A stretch of DNA of 64,000 nucleotides from a virus (lineage: Duplodnaviria > Heunggongvirae > Uroviricota > Caudoviricetes). The stretch is taken from IMG/VR virus record IMGVR_UViG_3300029305_011318; one strand, given 5' to 3'. Below are positions 39,796 through 48,400 of this stretch, one piece after another (position 1 is the first letter of the stretch; every line of letters starts with the position of its first letter). A program made the translations under genes and the position numbers. The notes beneath the pieces were generated by a model, which saw nothing but the letters and a program-made list of their open reading frames with translations, was not told the DNA's origin and searched no databases.

Positions 39796-40113
39796 CTAAT
39801 CTCGTGTTGGTCCTTCGTGTTCTTGATGATAGGAAATACCTTGGAATATTTTTTGCCATTCATTTATAATAGTTGGAGAAAAATCAGTAATAGCTCGAAG
39901 AATTTTATTTAAAACTTTATTAGGAATATTGTCTTGATTATTTGCTAATGAACAAGACCCATCTTCATGTATCCAAATTTTAGTGGAATGTTGATGTGGC
40001 GTTTTAGATACATGAACATGTATTGGTTCAATAGGAGAACCTTCATTACTCCAAAAATAAACTTTATATCCATACAAACTTAATAGTTGTGGCATAATTC
40101 TTCCTCCATACAT
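39796..40113 (-). CDS. DUF4160-family protein
   Basis: N-terminal MPQLLSLYGYKVYFWSNEGSPIEPIHVHV matches the DUF4160 signature. Confidence 0.55.
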   Translation of the reverse strand: MYGGRIMPQLLSLYGYKVYFWSNEGSPIEPIHVHVSKTPHQHSTKIWIHEDGSCSLANNQDNIPNKVLNKILRAITDFSPTIINEWQKIFQGISYHQEHEGPTRD

Positions 40114-40358
40114 TCTTTTACAAAATCAGTAATATCTTGTTGTAAATTTGTAATATGTTGAAAAATTTCATCACGGTCTTTGTCGGAATATCCTTTGGAT
40201 TCAATAATTACTAATTCTGGCATTTGAACAGTAAAATGGTCAAAATCATCATGTTCAACACTCCATTTTTCTACATAAATTTGATATTGTCCATTTTCTT
40301 CTATCATTGATGCTGTAATTTCTGTTTCGTCAATTAGTGTCATTACTGGGTATCGCAT
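40080..40358 (-). CDS. Small acidic protein, probable DUF2442-type partner of the DUF4160 protein
   Basis: 92 aa, 34-nt overlap with the downstream DUF4160 gene. Confidence 0.4.
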   Translation of the reverse strand: MRYPVMTLIDETEITASMIEENGQYQIYVEKWSVEHDDFDHFTVQMPELVIIESKGYSDKDRDEIFQHITNLQQDITDFVKECMEEELCHNY

Positions 40359-40429
40359 ATTATATTCTCCTTGTATTACTATATTTACTATATTTACTAT
40401 AACGAAAAACCGATATAATGTAAAATGAT

Positions 40430-40840
40430 TTATTCACGTTCTTCTTGTATCAAATCATCAGTTGAAGATATTGATAATTCTGATAATTTGTTTGGTTCAG
40501 ATAGATGTGCTTTTGTAATAATTCCAGTCGCATAATCCACAAGTAAGAATGCTCTTAATTCCTTAAAACTTTCACAACTTAAACCATATATGTGGTTCTC
40601 TTCATTCACTACTTTCAAATCCCAACTACTATCAGCTTCTTTTATGGGGAGATATGTTTTAGTTTTTCCATGTACTTCCATTACAATTTCTTTGTCTTCT
40701 GTTAAACTTAATATGTTTTGTTCATTTATGTCTAAATTCAAAATGTTTTCCTCCTTAAATTTAACTTTATTATTTTTTCTGTTTATCAAAAAAAGCTTTT
40801 GGAGATGTATCTGCATAACATTGTACACATTTTCCATCAA
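40430..40840 (-). CDS. Hypothetical protein; the true start is probably an internal Met
   Basis: 136-aa ORF whose 5' end overlaps the bactofilin gene. A degraded paralog lies at 31905..32303. Confidence 0.45.
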   Translation of the reverse strand: MMENVYNVMQIHLQKLFLINRKNNKVKFKEENILNLDINEQNILSLTEDKEIVMEVHGKTKTYLPIKEADSSWDLKVVNEENHIYGLSCESFKELRAFLLVDYATGIITKAHLSEPNKLSELSISSTDDLIQEERE

Positions 40841-41735
40841 TTGCTGCTCCCGGATTCATTTGTATCATACCGGACATAATATCGCCTAAAATAATAGCAG
40901 AACTATCTAATACTACATTTCCTTTTATATCTAAAGTTCCTTGTACTGCACCGGCAATAGCTGCTGTTTTTGCTTTAATATTTCCATATACAATTGAACC
41001 TGTATCTAATTTAACCGCTTCTTTACTATTAATATTACCATAGATAATCGAATTGGCAACATATAATTCATTTACGTCAATATCTCCATATAATGCACCG
41101 AAAACATTTAATTTTCCATTACAGGAAACATTACCTTTAACGGCTCCATATAAATCTAAAGCACCAGATGTAATAATATTTCCTTCAATAATCATGTCAC
41201 TTGAAATAATACTTTGTTGTGTATTTAAAGTTGTAACATTTGTAGTTTGTGGCAATATATTTTCTGGTTGTGATAATTGTTTTTGTTCTGGTAATGATTC
41301 GAGTTTATTTTCTTCTTTTTTGCGTAAAAATGATTTTTCAATTACTTCTTTTGTTTTTGCATTTTTTTTACGAGGAACTAAAGATTTTTCAGATGATTCA
41401 ACAATTGATTTTGTTTTTTGGGGTGTTGATTCATTTAACGATTCTTCAACAATGGATTTTTCTGATTGTTCTGTGTCTTCTATTGTTTGATAATTTTCAT
41501 ATTCTTCGGGAGAAAATAAATCATCATCAAAAATCAAATCGTCTAAACTGTCTTCATTGTCTGAGATATTCTCCAAATTGTCTTCATCAATATCCGGGTT
41601 AAAATCATCTTCTAATACATCATCCATATAAACATCATCACTAAATTCAACTTCTGATGCATTATCTTCTATTGCTATATCATCTGTAAAAAAATCTTGT
41701 TCTGCTTCATTTTGCATATCATTAAAAAATCCCAT
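40770..41735 (-). CDS. Bactofilin-domain protein with long acidic N-terminal region
   Basis: C-terminal ~150 aa of repetitive beta-helix-type segments: IIEGNIITSGALDLYGAVKGNVSCNGKLNVFGALYGDIDVN...GNIKAKTAAIAGAVQGTLDIKGNVVL. N-terminal D/E-rich region. Confidence 0.6.
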   Translation of the reverse strand: MGFFNDMQNEAEQDFFTDDIAIEDNASEVEFSDDVYMDDVLEDDFNPDIDEDNLENISDNEDSLDDLIFDDDLFSPEEYENYQTIEDTEQSEKSIVEESLNESTPQKTKSIVESSEKSLVPRKKNAKTKEVIEKSFLRKKEENKLESLPEQKQLSQPENILPQTTNVTTLNTQQSIISSDMIIEGNIITSGALDLYGAVKGNVSCNGKLNVFGALYGDIDVNELYVANSIIYGNINSKEAVKLDTGSIVYGNIKAKTAAIAGAVQGTLDIKGNVVLDSSAIILGDIMSGMIQMNPGAAIDGKCVQCYADTSPKAFFDKQKK

Positions 41736-42080
41736 ATATATATCCTTTCTATATATAATTTATAAAATACTTCTATTTATATATGTGAAAAAATAAGATA
41801 AATTTAATAAAAATATAAATGATGTTTCATAAAACATATGCATATATTAAAATAATAAAAATAAGTTAATTTTGTATTAATATAGTGGTTAAAATAAATT
41901 TGAAAATATACTATATTGAGTGTTAAAATTATAATAATATTAAAACATTATTTCGTTGTGTATAACTTATTACACAAGATAGAATTAAAAAAAACACTCA
42001 ATAAATTTTGAGTGTTTTTTCAATTAAAAAGAGTTCTATCAAAAATGTTAATTCTATAATACCAAACATAAAGATACTTC

Positions 42081-42962
42081 TTAATAGAATAATTTGGCGA
42101 ATTCGGAATCTTTATCAAGAACAATTTTCTTTTCTTTTGTGCCGGAAATGCTATCTTTTAGTGAATCTAATTGGAGAAGATAATTATAAAATTCTGCTTT
42201 GTCTTCATTATTATATGCATCTTGTAAAATTCGCATATATTCTGCTTCACCTTCTGCTTCTAAAACACTTGCTTCTTTTTCTGCCTGTGCAAGCATTACG
42301 GTAACTTTTTTATCGGCTTCATTGCGGATTTTCTGTGCTTCTGATTCTCCTTGCGCTTTATAAGAGGCGGCAATGTTTTCACGTTCAGAAATCATTCTCT
42401 GATATACCGCTTGTTTATTTCCTTCCGGTAAATCTAATAATTTAATTTCTGCTTTTACAATTTCGATACCATAGCCGGTTACTGCATTATTGGAAATATT
42501 CGTAATTTTATCTGTTAATGTTGTACCTCTTGATGCTACGACATCATCTTGTGTCATCGAACTAATAATGTTTTTTGTTGCATTGTAAACTGCAACACTG
42601 GTTCTGCTTTCTGCATTTCCAATAGATGCATTTAATGTTTGTGAAAATTTAATCGGGTCTGTGACTCTCCACAAAACATAATTATCAGTTACCATTGATT
42701 TTTTATCACTGGTAATAACATCTGATTTTGTTACATCATAAAATTGAACACTTTTAGGGCAACGAATAATTTTATCTACAATAGGTGTTTTAAAATATGG
42801 TCCTGCTTCTGTTTTTACTTCATAAATTTTTCCAAATCGAGAAACTAAGGCATATTCATTTTCTTTTACTTTATAAAAAGATGTAAAAAATGCCAATGTT
42901 CCGATAATGAATAAAGTTAAAAATGTTAAAATGAAATATTTATTCTTCATAATAGCCTCCAA
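42081..42962 (-). CDS. hflC: SPFH/band-7 protein, HflC-like
   Basis: N-terminal TM then YKVKENEYALVSRFGKIYEV..GPYFKTPIVDKI. Coiled-coil C-terminus. Confidence 0.8.
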   Translation of the reverse strand: MEAIMKNKYFILTFLTLFIIGTLAFFTSFYKVKENEYALVSRFGKIYEVKTEAGPYFKTPIVDKIIRCPKSVQFYDVTKSDVITSDKKSMVTDNYVLWRVTDPIKFSQTLNASIGNAESRTSVAVYNATKNIISSMTQDDVVASRGTTLTDKITNISNNAVTGYGIEIVKAEIKLLDLPEGNKQAVYQRMISERENIAASYKAQGESEAQKIRNEADKKVTVMLAQAEKEASVLEAEGEAEYMRILQDAYNNEDKAEFYNYLLQLDSLKDSISGTKEKKIVLDKDSEFAKLFY

Positions 42963-43976
42963 TTACTGTGCGAAATCATCTAATGGCAATAATGTTTCAG
43001 AAGTCCCGTCTGTAATGATTAAATCTGCTTTAGGTAAAATTTCATTCATAGATTCATAAAACATACGTTGCTTGGTAATCGCCGGATATTTAATATATTC
43101 TTCATACATATTATTAAATCTGGCAACTTGTCCTTCTGCTTCACTAATACGAGCTGCTTTATTAGCTTCTGCCGTCTGCATAATTTTGTCATATTCGGCT
43201 TCTGCTTGTGGAATGCGTTCATTTGCATATTTTTTGGCATTATTAATAGTAGTGTCTTTATTTTGACGTTCTTGTTCTACTGATTCAAATGCTACCATAA
43301 TTTCTTGTGATGGTGGTTCCGCATCTTGAATTTGTAAATTAACAATTTGGACACCAATATCGTTTTTAGCAAGTTCATTAATAATCATATCTTTTACATC
43401 AGATTGAATCTGATTTTTACCAGTTGTAATAACATCATCTACTGTGTAATTACTTACTATGGTACGAATACATGCTTGTGCAATATTTCGTAAAATATTT
43501 TCCGGTTCATCAGATGTATATAAATACGTGGCTGCATCACTTACTTTATATTCCAAATAAAAATCAACATTAACAAAATTAAAATCGGATGTAATCATTA
43601 GTGATTCTTCCGGTACGCTAATAATATCCTCTGAAGGACGAGAACCAAATAGTTCTGATAAAGATGATTTTTCTGATTCCTCAACTTCTCGATAACCAAT
43701 TTGTAATCCTTGTGTTGTAGTATTAACCTTTTGAATTTTATCAACAAAAGGAATTTTTAAATGTGGTCCTGCTGTTTCTGTTTTTACAACTTTTCCAAAT
43801 CGAGTAATTACTGCTTGTTCTTGTTCATTTACTTTATAAAAAGATGTAAATAGACAAATAGCACATATAATTACGATACAACCTAATAAAATTTTACCAA
43901 TTAAAAATTTGTCTTCTGATGGCGAATTAAGATTTGGTCCATCGAATGAAATTATTACATCTCCGAAAAATGACAT
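42963..43976 (-). CDS. hflK: SPFH/band-7 protein, HflK-like
   Basis: TM then YKVNEQEQAVITRFGKVVKTETAGPHLKIPFVDKI. Adjacent to the hflC-like gene with no gap. Confidence 0.8.
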   Translation of the reverse strand: MSFFGDVIISFDGPNLNSPSEDKFLIGKILLGCIVIICAICLFTSFYKVNEQEQAVITRFGKVVKTETAGPHLKIPFVDKIQKVNTTTQGLQIGYREVEESEKSSLSELFGSRPSEDIISVPEESLMITSDFNFVNVDFYLEYKVSDAATYLYTSDEPENILRNIAQACIRTIVSNYTVDDVITTGKNQIQSDVKDMIINELAKNDIGVQIVNLQIQDAEPPSQEIMVAFESVEQERQNKDTTINNAKKYANERIPQAEAEYDKIMQTAEANKAARISEAEGQVARFNNMYEEYIKYPAITKQRMFYESMNEILPKADLIITDGTSETLLPLDDFAQ

Positions 43977-44011
43977 ATAAAACCTCCTAAATATAATTAT
44001 CTTTCATTATA

Positions 44012-44037
44012 TTTATATGGATAAAACTTTCTCAAAA
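44012..44037 (-). promoter_or_regulatory. Box-1 promoter-like motif (a near-consensus copy)
   Basis: tttatatggataaaactttctcaaaa. Gene-orientation reading: TTTTGAGAAAGTTTTATCCATATAAATATAAT, then AGGAGG-N7-ATG. Preceded by hairpin aagccac..gtggctt (44052..44083). Confidence 0.55.
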
Positions 44038-44094
44038 CTATCAAAATATAAAAAGCCACTTATTATTATTTATGTGGCTTTATCTAAAAATCTA

Positions 44095-44484
44095 TTATGT
44101 GTTTGGAATTTCATTATAATATATCCCCACTTGAATTCTTTTTATAGAATTTACACTAATGGTTATATCTTGATTTTCTATATATGGGTGTTTTATTGTA
44201 ATCGTTCCTTTTAATGTTCCATTTTGATATGCGTTATAATCATCTTGATGAATATATCCATAATATGCACTATAATCATTATGTATAGAAATATCTGTGT
44301 CAATATTCGCAATTAGATAATGCTCTGGTTCTAAGTAGGATTGATTTACAGATTTTTGTTCCCATAATTGCTTGGATTTTATAATTTGTACTCCTTTATA
44401 AATAAAACCAAATACAAAAATACTGAAAATGATTAATATACATACAATTGTGAAAATGTTTTTATCTATTGTTTTTTGATTCAT
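44095..44484 (-). CDS. Membrane-anchored hypothetical protein
   Basis: N-terminal TM, 129 aa. Confidence 0.5.
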   Translation of the reverse strand: MNQKTIDKNIFTIVCILIIFSIFVFGFIYKGVQIIKSKQLWEQKSVNQSYLEPEHYLIANIDTDISIHNDYSAYYGYIHQDDYNAYQNGTLKGTITIKHPYIENQDITISVNSIKRIQVGIYYNEIPNT

Positions 44485-44529
44485 AATTTTACTTCCATAT
44501 TAAAAATTTAGGAATAAATAATCCTATAT

Positions 44530-44557
44530 CATTATATGGTGAAAGTTTTCTCAAAAA
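44530..44557 (-). promoter_or_regulatory. Box-1 promoter-like motif
   Basis: cattatatggtgaaagttttctcaaaaa. Confidence 0.5.
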
Positions 44558-44656
44558 TAAAAAACATCAAGATATAAATTTGATGTTTTTAAAACTTTTT
44601 ATTATTTAATTTTTGAATCGTTTTATCTTTCTTTTTTTTACTAAACTACGGTTTAG

Positions 44657-44995
44657 TTACGCATTCCATTCTTCATAAGAACAAGTAATAGGACTTTCCA
44701 AAAACAATTCCATAAAAGCAACTTTGGTGTTGTTAAGGCAATTATTTTTTTCTTCCCACTCTTCCTGTTCTTCTTCATTAAGGTTGTTTGGTGCTAAGAT
44801 TTCTAAGCCCATTTGCAGTGCTTTTGCCCGAATATTCTCATAAGGTTCGTCATAATAACTCTCCTTATATACTTGAACATCAATTTCAGCAAGTCGCTCT
44901 TCGCAACATAAACATGGCTGTTCATAAGCATCTCCACATACATCAATAAGCGGACACTTCCCGCATTTTTGTTTGTCAATATCTTTTATTTTCAT
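44657..44995 (-). CDS. Cys-rich hypothetical protein
   Basis: CGKCPLIDVCGD...CLCCEE. Confidence 0.45.
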   Translation of the reverse strand: MKIKDIDKQKCGKCPLIDVCGDAYEQPCLCCEERLAEIDVQVYKESYYDEPYENIRAKALQMGLEILAPNNLNEEEQEEWEEKNNCLNNTKVAFMELFLESPITCSYEEWNA

Positions 44996-45025
44996 GACAT
45001 TTCCTTTCCACGCTAAAAGTCAGTT

Positions 45026-45355
45026 TTAACGACAATATCTTTGTATTATCGAAGCTTCTTTTTCAAATTTCATTGCCAATCGGTCAAAATGTTCATCATT
45101 CATAAAAGAACCGCATTTCGGGCTGACTAGTTTATTAATTGACGAAGGTATTCCATAACAAAATTGAAATTCTTCATCATTAACCCATACGGTTACTGTA
45201 TATGATGGTATAGGAAATAGGCTTTTATTTTGTTTTTCGTCTGTTTCAAAGATAAAAGAAATATTAATTAAGTCATTGTTATTTCTGGTTTCTAAGAGTT
45301 TGCTATAACCTCTTTCTTTCATTTTTTCAATTATAATTTCTTTCTTTTCAATCAT
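45026..45355 (-). CDS. Hypothetical protein
   Basis: 109-aa ORF. Confidence 0.45.
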   Translation of the reverse strand: MIEKKEIIIEKMKERGYSKLLETRNNNDLINISFIFETDEKQNKSLFPIPSYTVTVWVNDEEFQFCYGIPSSINKLVSPKCGSFMNDEHFDRLAMKFEKEASIIQRYCR

Positions 45356-45488
45356 ATGTTGCCTCTCGAAAGTTTTTGTTACCGCTTTTCTTTGATAAAA
45401 AATTACTTAATTATTATACGATATTTTCCTTAAAATGAAAGAAAAAAGGATAAGAGAATATAAAAATATTTTCTTATCCTTTAATACA

Positions 45489-48400
45489 TTAATGATAATC
45501 ATTATTAGTTTGATGTGTTGTACGATAATGTACTTCGTCTACTAATGGCTCGATAATGATATAATGATTATCTGTAATCGCATTATGTATGCCGGTGCTT
45601 CCAATAATTTCATATTTCCAATATTCGGGAATGTCTACTTTGGAACCTTCCGGAATAATAATATTTGTGCCATCTTCTCCAAACATATCTGCATTTACAT
45701 AGGTTGCAAAAGCATATTGAGCTGTTGCACCATTAACAATTTTGGTTATATCATTCATGTCTGTAACATCAATTTTTGTAGCAATTTTTGTATCAATAGG
45801 TACAATATGTAATGAGAGATTTCGTTTAAATGCTTCATACCCATTAATATTGTCTACGCCCAAATTAAAGATAGCGTCTAATTTACCATTTTTAATATCT
45901 TCTGCAGATTGAATACCTGGGGCAAATGTACCATCTAATTTATAACCAAGAAAATTGAATTTTACGTTTTCAACATATCCAATTGTCCATATTTCAACAT
46001 GTCCATTGTTTCCTGCTGCAAAATATACTTGGTCGTCATAATTAAATACATCATTTTCATTATAAATAACTGTTTTTAATGAAAAATTATACAAATATCC
46101 TTTCGCTGTTCCACCATTAAACGGGTTGGTATTCATTGGGTCGGTTGAAAAATCACCAATAGGGTATCCATCCTCTGTAATACCTTGTGAACCAGTATAA
46201 TTAGAACCTGTTTGTAATTTAGTATGATTTCCTGCATTATCAACTACAATAATAGTATAACCTAAATAGTTTACGCCTTTAAATTCTTTGTAGAGATTAA
46301 TGGTTGTATTATAATTATAAGTATCTCCAGACGCAGAAGTTTGTGCCATTTCATATGTATGGTTTGTAATTGGATTATCAACATCCCATACATATAATAA
46401 TACTTCTTTAATGCCAGAAATAGAATCATTACTTCCTGCAGCAATTGAATCATCTTTTCTATCTGAAACTTTAACATCAAATGTAGTCGTAAAATCATTA
46501 TCTTTAATAATGTTTTCCATTTCTGTTCGTAACGCTTCTTTTGTTAAACCATTACTTATGACAGGAAATTCATCTAAAGTTTTTTGATTAACAGAAAAAT
46601 ATTCAATTGTTGGTGCAGTCTTATCTAATTTAATATGGGAAATATTATCATTGATGCTATATCCACCATATCCATATGTTACTTTTCGAATATTGAATGG
46701 GTCATTTAAAACATTGTTTTCAATACAATCTTTAATATTGTTTCGTGCCCAGTTTAACGTAGCTGCTTCCGGAATTACATAATATTCGCCTTGTACCATA
46801 TAATCTACGGTATTAATAACCGTTCCTGTTGGATATGCTGCTTTCAAATGATAAATATCATCTGTATTGTTTTGAATGTAATTTTTTAATAAATCTGTAC
46901 GTAAAATCTTTTCATCATTTTCTTTGATTTCTGTACGATATTCTGAATATTTTGTCATCGGTATTGTTCCGGATATATCTTCATGTGACATACCTAAATA
47001 TATTAATGAGGAAGCGTCTATATCAATTCCAGAATACGAATCTTTATAAAATGGTCCAAATGGTTCATAAGTTGGTAATTTATAATTACTAACATTATTT
47101 TTTTGTGGTAATAAATATTGTGCAATAGCATATAAACCATGTGATTTTGATGATAATATTTGTGACACAGATGCTGTCTTTGACCAATAAGATGGATTTG
47201 TTGGTTTAGACAATGATTCAATAAATAATGTTTTACGAATTAAATTCCAGCCACCATTATCATTTGGTATGGTTAATAATTCACCCATATTGATATTAGA
47301 AATACGATTCGTAATAGTATTATATCCGGATGTATCATCATCTATAGATGAATATACTGAAACAACATTTCCATTTTCATCAATTAACTCATATTGTGTA
47401 AGTAAAACAGAAAAATCATCATTTCCGCTTTGATAGTAATTAGTGTCTGCTTCTTTAATAACGGTACTTACTTCATATGTAGTATATGTAAAATTCTGAT
47501 AAAAAGTTTCATTTGTCCAAATAGCATATACTTCAATTTGAGGTATATCTTTTATATCTTGATATGTAAAATCATACTCTTGTTTTGTTTTGCCTAAGCT
47601 TTCAACAATAGAATCAAAAGTTGTATTTTTTACGTCAATATTATAAGTTGTATTATCAACAACATTTGTAAATGTTATTAATTCGCCATTTGGATTTGAT
47701 GTTAGGAAAATACCAGTTCCATCTGGTTTCGTATTCCAACCTAAGAAAGTAAATCCGGTAATGGACGTTGTTGGTAAACTTCCGCCATAATCTAATTCTA
47801 AATTATCAATATCATTTAAATTTTCATAGGTATATTCAATACCATTTGTTCCCCAATAACCAGAAATACCAGTCATGTCTTGTCCAGTATGTTTATTGAT
47901 TCTTGTAAAATCAATAGATTCATTATATGCCGGTACATTTTGTGGTTTTCTTACTATGACACTAGGGTTACTTGTACTTGTACCATAATGATATAAATAA
48001 TCTAAATTAGTATTGAAATTAATTTGATATATTTCTGGTTTCCATTGTGCATAAAGCGTCATAATGGTTCCATATTTTTCTAAAATATAGTCATATGTAA
48101 TTTCAGTACCTGGTGCAATTGTGTCTCCTGTTCCATCTGGTTTGGTATTCCAACCAATAAATATGAAACCTTTTTTAGTTAATTCAATATCTTCATTTAT
48201 TGTTTTATTTTCTTTTACAAAAACACTGGTCCCCGGAATAAGTTCTTGTGTAACAATCTCACCTTCTGTTGCAATATTTGCACCCCCGTATTTGTTACAA
48301 TATTCATCGTTGGTACTGTATTCTAAGAAAGATGATAATGGAATTTCAAATGTTACCGTTTCACTAACATTTCCGCTATTATCTACAGTAGCAACATGAA

